64,000 bases of DNA. It comes from Candidatus Dojkabacteria bacterium (lineage in GTDB: Bacteria > Patescibacteriota > Dojkabacteria > J137). The notes under the pieces were generated by a model. It was not told where the DNA came from, did not search any database, and was given only the letters and a program-made list of their open reading frames with translations. A program made the translations under genes and the position numbers. How positions within the stretch are numbered: the stretch's first letter is position 1; every line of letters begins with the position of its first letter. Below are positions 36,910-46,328 of this stretch, piece by piece. The stretch spans positions 8,009-72,008 of the forward strand of contig JAMQHH010000014.1 of the NCBI GenBank assembly GCA_025993875.1, read 5' to 3'.

Positions 36910-38058
36910 CTAAACTTTTAGTGAAGCACAGATAATATTTCCTAACCCTTTTTCTCTTATGTCCAAAGTAGCTATTGCTCTAGAAATGGACTCTCCGATA
37001 AGTATTTTAGAGTCTTTGTGTTTTTGTAAAAAGGAGATCGCGTTTAGTAACGTTTCCATGCTGTTTTTGCCACCTTCATCCTCAAATTTTCCTGTTGCAC
37101 CATATGCAATAATACTTCCCTTATCTTCTAATGCTTTTTTAAACAGTGATACAGAGTGGTTACCTATATCTAAAATACTTTCAGGTTCTATGTTTTGTAA
37201 TTCTTTTACTGTAATAGTTTTTACCTTTTTGTTAGTTTTAACTACAAAATCTGTTGGAAGTATAATTTCTAACTTTTTTTTCTCTAAAGAATATAAAACT
37301 TTTTGTATCTCTTTTTTTGTTTTATCGTCAAAAATTTTGTTCTTGACCTTGTTTGCTACAAGTGTGAGATATACACCCAGCTTGCCTCCTGCTAGTACGA
37401 CACTGTTTTTGTTGGCAAATAACTTTATTACTTTGAGTTTGTTTAAAGCATTATCTCCACCAACCAAAAATATCATCTTATCTTTGGAAGTTTGCATTTT
37501 CTTAAGTTTGCTAGAAATTTCTAACTCGTTAAAATAATTATACCCAAAATATGTAGGAAGTTCTTCGGCTAATATGGAAACGCTTGAAGATTTGGCACTT
37601 AATTCGATAGACTCAATAACAATCAAATCTAGTAATTTTAATAATGGCTTTAGCATCTGCTTGCGTTTTTCACTTGAACCTTTGTTTTCAAATTCTTCAA
37701 AATTAATATTTTCTAGTAATAAGACCTCCCCAAAATCCATAAATTTTATTGAATTCTCACACTGTTTTATATTTGCAAACTTTATTTGTTTTACCAATAT
37801 TCTGCCCAGCAAAAATCTTACCGGCATTAAGGACATCTCATCGTTAAAAGTGCCGTTAGCACTTCCAAGGTGAGAAATTAAAACTACTTTGCACTGGTTT
37901 TTTAGAAGGTAATTTATTGTAGGGATTACAGATTTAATCTTTCTTTCGTCGATTATTTTTCCACCCTGCAAGAAGACATCAAAATCGGCCCTGATTCCGA
38001 CAACTTTACTCTTAATATTTTTATATTCGGTAATATGTCTAACTGTTTTTGCCATCAC
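36910..38058 (-). CDS. pgk: Phosphoglycerate kinase
   Basis: The N-terminus KSKVVGIRADFDVFL...VIPTINYLLKNQCKVVLISHLGSANG parallels PGK (GKRVxxRVDFNVP...PTI.Y......VVLxSHLGRP). C-terminal ILDIGNHSVSLF...AYGATGKFE matches MLDIGPKT...WNGPMGVFE. Confidence 0.8.
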   Translation of the reverse strand: MMAKTVRHITEYKNIKSKVVGIRADFDVFLQGGKIIDERKIKSVIPTINYLLKNQCKVVLISHLGSANGTFNDEMSLMPVRFLLGRILVKQIKFANIKQCENSIKFMDFGEVLLLENINFEEFENKGSSEKRKQMLKPLLKLLDLIVIESIELSAKSSSVSILAEELPTYFGYNYFNELEISSKLKKMQTSKDKMIFLVGGDNALNKLKVIKLFANKNSVVLAGGKLGVYLTLVANKVKNKIFDDKTKKEIQKVLYSLEKKKLEIILPTDFVVKTNKKVKTITVKELQNIEPESILDIGNHSVSLFKKALEDKGSIIAYGATGKFEDEGGKNSMETLLNAISFLQKHKDSKILIGESISRAIATLDIREKGLGNIICASLKV

Positions 38059-38239
38059 TTATTATACCAAAAAAACTGTAAAATCGCCATATTGAGTAAT
38101 GATATTAAGAAGTCTAAAGAGTCAAAATACCTACTACAGAGCATATAAGCCTGAAATTAAATAGGTATCTTTTAAGTACCGCGGTTAAGAAGAAAGATAA
38201 TAATTTGGATACTAAAAAACCTTGTAAGTACTTTGCAGC

Positions 38240-39598
38240 TTATTTTATGTACTCTTTACCCAGGTATTTTACTAATGCTTTCGGTACTTTTACGGAGCCA
38301 TCCGATTGCTGATAGTTATCAATAATGGCTATAATCATTCTACCCATTGCTACACCGGTATCATTAACTGTGTGAGCATAAAGTTTGCTTCCATCTCGTT
38401 TTGCGACCTTAATGTTTAGCCTTCGAGCTTGGAAATCAGTAGTATTTGTATCGGTACCTACCTCCATAAATTCCTGCTGTGCTGGTAGCCAAACCTCAGG
38501 ATCTATCTGCTCGGCGCTAGCCAGATAACCCCCATCCGATGTGCATTTGCGAGCTAGTCTATATGGCAATTCGAGTATTTGTAAAAGCCACTCGTTAATT
38601 GATAGTAGTTCGCTAAACATTTCGGAGGATTGTTTTGGTGTACAAACAATATTCATTTCAATCTTGTCAAATTGGTGTACTCTTTTAATTCCCCTTACAT
38701 CCCTACCCCACGACCCCACCTCGCTTCTAAAACATGAGGTATAAGCAAACAATTTTATCGGCAAATCTTCCTCTTTTATTGTTTTACCCATAAAATATGC
38801 AAAATTGCTAGGTTCCGAAGAGCCAACTAGGTAAAGTTCCTCTGAGTTTTCAGTATTATAAGAGTCTATTTTATATGCCTGATCTATGCCTTCCGGGAAG
38901 TGGCTTGTGCCATACAAAACATCATGCTTAACCAGTAATGGCGGGATTTGGTAGATAAATCCCCTTTTTAATAGTTCACTAAATAATAATTGCTGAATTC
39001 CATATTGAAGTAGCGCTCCATCGCCTCTTATATATGTAAATCGGCTGCCAGATGTTATTGCACTCTGCTCGTTATCGATTATCTTTAAATCTTTCCCAAT
39101 ATCTATGTGGTGTTTGGGATTTTGCAATTTTGAATCCCAGTGGACGGATGATTGGTTAAATTCTTGCAGTTTATCTTTTACCTTGCCAAGTTTATCTTTG
39201 TCTAAATATCCTAAACCTGGAAGCCATGCTTTATCAATTGGATTATCATCTTCAGATTTACCAAGGGGCATAGCAATGTCGCTTACTGGAATATTCGGTA
39301 ACCAATCTAGAATTTCCTGCCATTCTTTTTCAATTGCTTCCAGATCCCGCTTTGCATACTCAAGTTTTTCTTTTAATTCACGGCCTTTTTCCCGTGCTAC
39401 TTCTGGATTTTCTTTTCCCAATTGCGCTACATTATTTCTTTCGCGATTTAGTTCTTCCAACTGTTTTATATGTACACTCCTCTTTTCGTCCAGTTCCAGC
39501 CATCTTTTAACATCAGCTTTTTTTGGGTTTCCTCTTCCCGATTCTATTATTTTAATAATTTGCGCTGGGTTTTCTCGAACATATTTGGGATCTATCAT
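38240..39598 (-). CDS. serS: Seryl-tRNA synthetase
   Basis: 452 aa. An N-terminal coiled-coil arm (IDPKYVRENP...LEELNRERN), then a class II core. Confidence 0.9.
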   Translation of the reverse strand: MIDPKYVRENPAQIIKIIESGRGNPKKADVKRWLELDEKRSVHIKQLEELNRERNNVAQLGKENPEVAREKGRELKEKLEYAKRDLEAIEKEWQEILDWLPNIPVSDIAMPLGKSEDDNPIDKAWLPGLGYLDKDKLGKVKDKLQEFNQSSVHWDSKLQNPKHHIDIGKDLKIIDNEQSAITSGSRFTYIRGDGALLQYGIQQLLFSELLKRGFIYQIPPLLVKHDVLYGTSHFPEGIDQAYKIDSYNTENSEELYLVGSSEPSNFAYFMGKTIKEEDLPIKLFAYTSCFRSEVGSWGRDVRGIKRVHQFDKIEMNIVCTPKQSSEMFSELLSINEWLLQILELPYRLARKCTSDGGYLASAEQIDPEVWLPAQQEFMEVGTDTNTTDFQARRLNIKVAKRDGSKLYAHTVNDTGVAMGRMIIAIIDNYQQSDGSVKVPKALVKYLGKEYIK

Positions 39599-39682
39599 AA
39601 TAGCAATTTATCTAAAAACTATTGAAGTGATTATACAACTTTGTGTCGAAAATGTGATAAAATGGCTGTAATTCTAATATAG

Positions 39683-39816
39683 CGTTGATGGGGTGGCATC
39701 CCTGAGCTAGGAATAAAAAGAGAGCCCGAAATGTTTTCGGGAAGTTGGGTGGAACCGCGATTCAAAATTTGAACCGTCCCATATAAACAATATTTTGTTT
39801 ATTGGACGGTTTTTTT
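39683..39816 (+). promoter_or_regulatory. T-box-like riboswitch leader (glycine-type) with antiterminator/terminator
   Basis: AGTTGGGTGGAACCGCGATT at 39743-39762 matches the T-box consensus AATTAGGGTGGNACCGCG. The UGGA bulge predicts pairing to a tRNA ending UCCA, which is consistent with the tRNA-Gly at 9177. The stem III-like hairpin CCCGAAA-tg-TTTCGGG at 39725-39741 is immediately 5'. A GGC-A candidate specifier is at 39695-39698. An intrinsic terminator at 39774-39816 is immediately 3'. Confidence 0.4.
39774..39816 (+). terminator. Rho-independent terminator (terminator arm of the T-box leader)
   Basis: CCGTCC-cat-ATAAACAA-tatt-TTGTTTAT-tg-GGACGG followed by TTTTTTT. Confidence 0.6.
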
Positions 39817-39828
39817 ATATTTTAAATT

Positions 39829-40385
39829 ATGCTGTTTAATAAAAAATACAGGGTTGAAACAATACGTAAAAAGAATTTTGATTATTCCAGTGCGGGATAT
39901 TATTTTGTTACGATATGCACACGCAATAGACAGAATTTTTTGGTAGAGTAGAAAACGAGGCAATACAATTAACAAAATTAGGTGAAATCGCAAAATTATG
40001 TATAGGAGAAATACCAAAACATTTTCCAAATGTTTTGGTAGATAAATTTGTTGTTATGCCCAACCATGTGCATATTTTGATACAAATTTTGCAAAACAAC
40101 GTTGCAGAGACGCAAAATTTTGAGTCTCTACGAAATGATACAAACGGCAAAACACAATTCGAAAATTTTGCGTCTCTACGGAATAAAAACTGGCATGCAA
40201 ATAAATTTGGGCCACAATCAAAAAATTTGGCATCGATAATCCGTGGTTACAAAATCGGGGTAACAAAATTATCTAAAAAAATAAATATAAATTTTTCCTG
40301 GCAATCGCGGTATTATGAAACTATAATAAAAACAGAACGAGATCTATTTAATGTTAGAAATTATATAGATCAAAACATTGCATGA
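39829..40385 (+). pseudogene. tnpA: IS200/IS605-family Y1 (HUH) transposase of the RAYT/TnpA-REP type, interrupted by a frameshift in a poly-T tract
   Basis: Frame 1 from ATG 39829 gives MLFNKKYRVETIRKKNFDYSSAGYYFVTICTRNRQNFLVE*, a RAYT N-terminus (YR..G.YFFT....R). Frame 0 continues (T)EFFGRVENEAIQ...VDKFVVMPNHVHILIQ (HUH motif)...SWQSRYYETIIKTERDLFNVRNYIDQN (RAYT C-terminal catalytic-Tyr region). Adding one T to the T6 run at 39936-39941 restores a single ORF of about 186 aa. Either a pseudogene or a sequencing error. Confidence 0.6.
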
Positions 40386-40428
40386 TCGAATTTAAATGCA
40401 AATTTTAATATTTTATATTTAGAAATTA

Positions 40429-41874
40429 ATGAATCAGCAAAATGTTACCGAAACAGTTTCACAGTCTAACAGTGTTTTAACCTCGCTTGAACAATTTAAA
40501 TCTTGGGCAAAAGAGAATGGATTTATTTATCCTTCCAGTGAAATTTATGGAGGATTTGCTGCAGTGTACGATTACGGGCATTACGGGATATTACTAAAAA
40601 ATAATATTCAAAGACTGTGGGAAAAATCTATGGTTCAAGAAAGAGAGGACGTATATCTTTTAGATTCGGGAATTTTTATGCACCCAAAAACCTGGGTAGC
40701 ATCGGGGCATGTAGGGGGGTTTGAAGATGTTTTGGTGGAAGATAAAAAGACACATAAAAGATTTAGGGCTGATCACCTTGTTGAAGAATGGTTTGAAAAA
40801 CATGGTAAATCTGTAGATATGGATAAAAAAACTGCCGCAGAGCTTTCGGAACTTATAAAAGCCAATAATATAAAAAGCCCGGACGGTAACGAATTAACTG
40901 AACCCAGAAGCTTTAATCTTCTTGTAAAATCTAACATGGGAACAACTGATGCAAGTTTTAATAACGAAAATGTAACATATTTAAGAGGAGAAACATGTCA
41001 GGGTATTTATTTGGAATACAAAAATTTTAGAGATACTTTGCGCCCAAAACTTCCATTTGGAATTGCTCAGGTAGGCAAGGCATTTAGGAACGAAATTGTA
41101 GCACGCCAGTTTATATTTAGAACAAGAGAGTTTGAGCAAATGGAGATGCAGTATTTCCATAATCCCAAGGATAAAGAGAAATTGTTTGATATGTGGAAAA
41201 ACGAGAGAATGAACTGGCTTGTAAATGTGCTTGGGATTTCCTCGGAAAACCTGCGATTTAAAAAACATGAAAAACTTGTTTTTTATGCAACAGCAGCGTT
41301 TGATATAGAATACAATTTCAAGACCTTGGGAGGTTTTAAAGAACTCGAAGGTATACATGACAGAGGTGACTATGATCTAACGCAGCACTCTAAGTTTTCG
41401 GGTGAAAAACTGGATTATTTTGACCAGGAGAGTGGGGAAAGGTTTACACCTCATATTATGGAAACCTCGGTAGGGCTAAATCGTTTACTTATGATGGTAC
41501 TGGAAGAAGGATGGGTGGTAGAGGAGATAGTAAATGCTAAAGGGGAAAAAGATAAAAGGATTGTTTTAAAAATTAAACCGGAACTTTCGCCAATTAAAAT
41601 TGCAATACTTCCGTTATCTCGAAAAATAGAGCTGCAAACAAAGGCGAAGGAGGTACTAAATATTCTAAAAGGAACTTATCAAACACAATACGATGAGACG
41701 GCTTCGATTGGAAAAAGATATCGAAGACAAGACGAAATTGGTACACCTTATTGTTTAACTGTAGATTTTGATTCTTTGACCGATAATTCTGTTACGGTAA
41801 GGGATAGAGATACAATGAAACAAGAGAGAATAGAAATTTCTCAACTGAAAGATTATTTTAAATTAAAACTTTGA
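40429..41874 (+). CDS. glyQS: Glycyl-tRNA synthetase, dimeric (alpha2, archaeal/eukaryal-like) type
   Basis: 481 aa. NGFIYPSSEIYGGFAAVYDYGHYG, HPKTWVASGHVGGF, and FRNEI class II motifs are present, followed by a C-terminal anticodon-binding domain. Confidence 0.85.
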   Translation: MNQQNVTETVSQSNSVLTSLEQFKSWAKENGFIYPSSEIYGGFAAVYDYGHYGILLKNNIQRLWEKSMVQEREDVYLLDSGIFMHPKTWVASGHVGGFEDVLVEDKKTHKRFRADHLVEEWFEKHGKSVDMDKKTAAELSELIKANNIKSPDGNELTEPRSFNLLVKSNMGTTDASFNNENVTYLRGETCQGIYLEYKNFRDTLRPKLPFGIAQVGKAFRNEIVARQFIFRTREFEQMEMQYFHNPKDKEKLFDMWKNERMNWLVNVLGISSENLRFKKHEKLVFYATAAFDIEYNFKTLGGFKELEGIHDRGDYDLTQHSKFSGEKLDYFDQESGERFTPHIMETSVGLNRLLMMVLEEGWVVEEIVNAKGEKDKRIVLKIKPELSPIKIAILPLSRKIELQTKAKEVLNILKGTYQTQYDETASIGKRYRRQDEIGTPYCLTVDFDSLTDNSVTVRDRDTMKQERIEISQLKDYFKLKL

Positions 41875-42683
41875 ACAAAGAACTTTTAGATGTTTTGGCC
41901 TTGTGGCAATTTGGGAAAGAGGTGGAATTGCCGGAAGGCTTTATTGAAGCCCATGGCGTTTTTAAACCTGGAGAACCATATAATAAGGCTGCACTAGAAA
42001 AAATAATCCCTATTTCTGAGATTTCCGGTTTAATAAGTGAAGCTGTAAAAGCAAAAAAACATGTATTACTTTTATCGGGAAGTTTTGATGTTCTGCATAT
42101 AGGCCATTACTTTTATTTAAATAGTATTAAAAGTTTGGCTAAAGAAGTTTTAAAAGTAGCTGATGATAATATTTTTATCGTTGTAGTTGTAGATTCCGAT
42201 AACATTGTTGCTCAATTAAAGGATAAAAATTGGGCTAGCGCGGGAGGAAATAGATATGGAACAATTCCTATTGATCCTTTAATAGTTCGGGTGTTAAAGC
42301 TTTCGTGTATAAATGTTGTTAATTTAATATCTGTTTTACAGGGCTCTCCTGCCGATATTGAGGCACTTCAATACAATTTTATGAAAAAAATTTCTTTAAG
42401 AAGTGGGGTTGATCTTGGGAGGGTACATCGTGTTATTCCATTAGGGGAATCTTATAGTAACACTTTAAAAGAGATAACATTGGCAGCAGGGCTTGCACCT
42501 TTTTTATGCAATATAAGCACTCTACAAACTACTGCAAATATAATGAGAAGCTTTGCAATAGAATCTGCATCTCAAAACACAAATCCTTATGCCGAGCTCA
42601 AATCTCTAATGGAAATAGTTGCAAGCCCTCTCTCACCATTTTACAAAAGCGCTATAATAAAGCTTTTCGAACAGCAACCTTAA
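41871..42683 (+). CDS. HIGH-motif nucleotidyltransferase (cytidylyl/adenylyl-transferase-like) family protein
   Basis: 270 aa. LLSGSFDVLHIGH is the (T/H)xGH nucleotidyltransferase signature. Overlaps the glyQS stop by 4 nt (ATGA). Confidence 0.5.
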   Translation: MNKELLDVLALWQFGKEVELPEGFIEAHGVFKPGEPYNKAALEKIIPISEISGLISEAVKAKKHVLLLSGSFDVLHIGHYFYLNSIKSLAKEVLKVADDNIFIVVVVDSDNIVAQLKDKNWASAGGNRYGTIPIDPLIVRVLKLSCINVVNLISVLQGSPADIEALQYNFMKKISLRSGVDLGRVHRVIPLGESYSNTLKEITLAAGLAPFLCNISTLQTTANIMRSFAIESASQNTNPYAELKSLMEIVASPLSPFYKSAIIKLFEQQP

Positions 42684-42693
42684 CTTAAAAGTT

Positions 42694-43857
42694 TTACATT
42701 TTTCCCTTACCTGGGGTTATTTTATTTAGAATTTCGGAGCTAAATGTTTTGGTATAACTATTTTTAGAATTATGCGTTTTTAATGCAGTATCTATTAACT
42801 CTTCTAAAAAAACCGAAAATTCTACATTACTTGCCTTCCAAAGATGATGGTAAAGTGTTCCCGGTAATGTGTTAATTTCGTTAGCATAAAACTTTTTATA
42901 AGTTTTATTGTATAAAAAATCAACTCTTGCGGTACCGGTGCACTCAAAGATTTTGTAAATTTCCAGCGCTGTTTCTTTAATTTTATCTGTAATATTTTCC
43001 TCAAGCCTTGCTGGGATTACTATTCTTTTTTGGGCGTTACCAGTTTGGGCTCCACCTTCTTTTAGATATTTATCCTCGTACGAAAAGAAATCAGAGCTAA
43101 AATCGGATTCCTGGATTTCGGATGTTACTGGAGAACTTCCTCCCTTTACCGCAACGGTAATGTCCATTAAATCTTCAACACTTTCTTCTACCAGCACTTT
43201 ACTATCGTAATGTAGCGCTACTTCGATAGAAGTTTCGAGGTCTTTTTCTGTTTTCACTTTTGCTATCCCAATGGAAGAACCAAGTCGTGCCGGTTTAACA
43301 AAAACTGGCCAAGCAAAGTTAGATTTAATTTCCTCAATAATATTTACACTATTTGAAAGCCACTGCTCTTTTGTAAAATTGATAAACTTGGTAGTTGGAA
43401 TATTAAATCTTTGATATATAAGTTTAGTCCAGACTTTATCCATTGTTAAAGCTGAAGATAAAACGCCACAACCAACGTAGGCAATATTAACAAATTCAAA
43501 TAACCCCTGAATTGTTCCGTCTTCGCCATTTTGCCCGTGAAAAGCTGGAAATGCCAGATCGATTGCAACCTTTTCATTTTTAAATAAACCTTTCCTCTCA
43601 AAAACAATCCGCCCGATTGATTTATTTAAGTTTAAAGAATATCCACCAAAATCTTTTAGCTTTTCTTCATAATTGGAAGATTTAAAAAAAGAAAGTTCGG
43701 AAAGTTGGCTAGAAATAAACCATTCACCTTTTTTGGAAATATAAACAGGTATAACGTTATGCCCGCTTTTTACAAGTTCGGTCGCAATAAGGGTACCGGT
43801 GATAATGGAGACGTCGTGTTCCGGTGATTGTGATCCAAAAAAAACCCCAATGTTCAT
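42694..43857 (-). CDS. ddl: D-alanine--D-alanine ligase
   Basis: 387 aa. The N-terminus MNIGVFFGSQSPEHDVSIITG and the ATP-grasp C-terminal pattern (ARVDFLYNK...YANEINTLPG) are present. Confidence 0.85.
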   Translation of the reverse strand: MNIGVFFGSQSPEHDVSIITGTLIATELVKSGHNVIPVYISKKGEWFISSQLSELSFFKSSNYEEKLKDFGGYSLNLNKSIGRIVFERKGLFKNEKVAIDLAFPAFHGQNGEDGTIQGLFEFVNIAYVGCGVLSSALTMDKVWTKLIYQRFNIPTTKFINFTKEQWLSNSVNIIEEIKSNFAWPVFVKPARLGSSIGIAKVKTEKDLETSIEVALHYDSKVLVEESVEDLMDITVAVKGGSSPVTSEIQESDFSSDFFSYEDKYLKEGGAQTGNAQKRIVIPARLEENITDKIKETALEIYKIFECTGTARVDFLYNKTYKKFYANEINTLPGTLYHHLWKASNVEFSVFLEELIDTALKTHNSKNSYTKTFSSEILNKITPGKGKM

Positions 43858-43877
43858 AATAAAATTATAACAAAAAA

Positions 43878-45275
43878 TTAATAGCGGTAGTGTTCTGCTT
43901 TATATGGGCCTTCTATTGGCACATCTAAATAACTGGCTTGTTTTTGAGTTAACTTTTCTAGTTTAACACCAATTTTTTCCAGGTGTAATCTGGCCACTTC
44001 CTCGTCGAGATGTTTTGGCAGTCTGTACACTCCAATAGGATACATTGAGTTTTTGGTAAAGAGTTCAATCTGAGCAAGTACCTGATTTGTAAAGCTGTTA
44101 CTCATAACAAAACTTGGATGGCCGGTTGCATTTCCTAAATTAAACAATCTACCTTCGGACAATAATATTATTCTATTCCCGTTTGGAAGCGTAATTAAAT
44201 CGACTTGTGGCTTTATATTGTCCCATTTATATTTTCGCATTTTAGAAACCTCTATTTCAGAGTCAAAATGTCCTATATTTCCGACAATGGCACAATCTTT
44301 CATTTTTAACATATGTTCTTCCCTAATTACATCAACACAACCTGTTGCCGTAATAAATATATCGCCTATAGAACAAGCTTCGTCCATTGTTATTACCTGA
44401 AACCCTTCCATACTCGCCTGCAAGGCGCAAATTGGGTCGACCTCCGTTACGATTATTCTTGCGCCCTGACCTTTAAATGCCTGCACTGTTCCTTTGCCTA
44501 CATCGCCGTATCCCGCTACAACGACAACCTTTCCGGCTATCATTACATCTGTTGCTCTCATTACACCATCTACTGCAGAGTGTCGACACCCGTATAGATT
44601 ATCAAATTTAGATTTTGTTACTGAGTCATTAACATTAATTGCTGCAAATTTAAGTTCTCCTTGCTTAAACATGTGATAAAGCCTGTGTACTCCAGTTGTT
44701 GTTTCCTCGCTAACACCTTTTACCAATTCAATTCTTTTTGAAAAAAAACTGGGATCTTTTTCCAACGTCTTTTTTATTTGAGCATATAGTATTTTTTCCT
44801 CTTCGCTTTCAAAATCAGTTTTACTTAGCAAGTTGTTATCTTTTTCAACTTTTAACCCGAGGTGTAAAAATAGTGTAGGATCTCCACCATCATCTACTAT
44901 CATATTGGGACCGATATCAGTTCCCCAGTCTAAAATTTTTTCGACATATTCCCAGTACTCCTCCAATGTTTCTCCTTTATAAGCGTAAACAGGAATTCCG
45001 GCTTTGGCAATTGCTGCTGCAGCATGATCCTGTGTAGAAAAAATGTTACAAGTAGCCCATTTTACTTTTGCACCTAATTCAACTAGAGTTTCAATTAAAA
45101 CAGCTGTTTGGATTGTCATGTGCAAAGATCCGGTTATTCGCGCACCGCTTAATGGCTTACTTTGGCCATATTTTTTTCTTAACGCCATTAACCCCGGCAT
45201 CTCTTTTTCGGCCAAAGTTATCTCCATTCTTCCAAATTCCGCAAGCAAAAGATCCTTAACTTTATAATCATCCAT
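43878..45275 (-). CDS. ahcY: Adenosylhomocysteinase
   Basis: 465 aa. [21 protein letters not shown], the NAD-binding GYGDVGKG, and a C-terminal tail typical of SAHH. Confidence 0.9.
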   Translation of the reverse strand: MDDYKVKDLLLAEFGRMEITLAEKEMPGLMALRKKYGQSKPLSGARITGSLHMTIQTAVLIETLVELGAKVKWATCNIFSTQDHAAAAIAKAGIPVYAYKGETLEEYWEYVEKILDWGTDIGPNMIVDDGGDPTLFLHLGLKVEKDNNLLSKTDFESEEEKILYAQIKKTLEKDPSFFSKRIELVKGVSEETTTGVHRLYHMFKQGELKFAAINVNDSVTKSKFDNLYGCRHSAVDGVMRATDVMIAGKVVVVAGYGDVGKGTVQAFKGQGARIIVTEVDPICALQASMEGFQVITMDEACSIGDIFITATGCVDVIREEHMLKMKDCAIVGNIGHFDSEIEVSKMRKYKWDNIKPQVDLITLPNGNRIILLSEGRLFNLGNATGHPSFVMSNSFTNQVLAQIELFTKNSMYPIGVYRLPKHLDEEVARLHLEKIGVKLEKLTQKQASYLDVPIEGPYKAEHYRY

Positions 45276-45303
45276 TTTTCAATAATTAAAAAATATTTTA
45301 TTT

Positions 45304-46242
45304 TTAAAACTGCAGATCTATTTTATATAATTGTCCGCCATATTCCTCTACTGATTTTGCTCCCATCATAGCACCAATTTTACAGCTTTCATAAATATCT
45401 TTTCCTTTTGATAGTCCGAAAAGTAATCCGGCTCTAAAAGCATCTCCGGCACCGGTTGTTTCTACTATTCTTTTGGGTTTTACCGAGCCGATTTTTCTAT
45501 CTCCGTCTTTTGAATATACAATACTCCCATCCGCTCCTTTAGTTTCAACTACATATTGAACACCGGTTTCTAAAATATTATTGACTGAGTAACCAAAAAT
45601 AGAATTTAACTGTGCTATTTCTGTCTCGTTTCCGATAAAAATATCAGCTAAAGAAAGGCATTCCCTTATGGTTTCTTTATCAAATAAAATTGAAAGAACC
45701 TGACTTGGATCAAATATAATTTTTACTTTATTTCCTAGCTTTTTTCTTAATTCCAGCATATGGTTTCGAGTACTATTACCAGTTCCCGGAGAAAATATTG
45801 CATATTCTATCTTATTGAAATCTTGTTTTGTTAATGTTTCGGAAAGTTTTATCTCGTTAATGAAATCATAATAAACATTTGGTTGAAAAATTCCTATCTG
45901 CTGATATTCTTCGTCGGAAATTCCATAAAAGGTTGAAGTAAATTTGTCTTTAACAACTTTTACTCTTAATTTAACATTGTTGTTTCCTAAATGAGATTTA
46001 TAATCTTGTAAAAAATCTTCGCCAACAACTCCGTGAAGATATACATTACCACCAAGCATACCAATACCGTAAGCAATATTTCCCCCTGTTCCCCCAAAAT
46101 ATTTTTGCTTTTCTTTAGCAGTAAACATTAAATTTACACGCTGAACTTCACCATCCTTAACCATTAATTCGTTTTTTATATTCCCATGAACGGCAAAAAT
46201 AATATCGTATACAATTGACCCTACAACTAAAATACTCATCAC
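45304..46242 (-). CDS. PfkB-family carbohydrate/nucleoside kinase (candidate adenosine kinase)
   Basis: 312 aa. A GG motif (GGTGGN) and the PfkB signature TTGAGDAFRAGLLFGL are present. The position next to ahcY suggests adenosine salvage; this is inference. Confidence 0.7.
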   Translation of the reverse strand: MMSILVVGSIVYDIIFAVHGNIKNELMVKDGEVQRVNLMFTAKEKQKYFGGTGGNIAYGIGMLGGNVYLHGVVGEDFLQDYKSHLGNNNVKLRVKVVKDKFTSTFYGISDEEYQQIGIFQPNVYYDFINEIKLSETLTKQDFNKIEYAIFSPGTGNSTRNHMLELRKKLGNKVKIIFDPSQVLSILFDKETIRECLSLADIFIGNETEIAQLNSIFGYSVNNILETGVQYVVETKGADGSIVYSKDGDRKIGSVKPKRIVETTGAGDAFRAGLLFGLSKGKDIYESCKIGAMMGAKSVEEYGGQLYKIDLQF

Positions 46243-46328
46243 TAAACAAATAAAAACTATTTAGTCACTAAAGTATAGCACCAGGAAATCTTTTTTCCGA
46301 CAAAATTTTTGAAAATATTTCTGTACAC

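Noticed and set aside
39683-39826. Considered a stand-alone small RNA (SRP RNA, 6S, or other) because of the promoter-like sequence and strong terminator
   Set aside because: No SRP domain IV motif (GGAAGCAG / GNRA pattern) could be found. The GGGTGGAACCGCG element fits a T-box antiterminator much better, so it is reported as a T-box-like leader instead.
40054-40266. Minus-strand 70-aa ORF overlapping the RAYT gene
   Set aside because: It is a shadow of the transposase coding region, and its translation is driven by the palindromic repeats.
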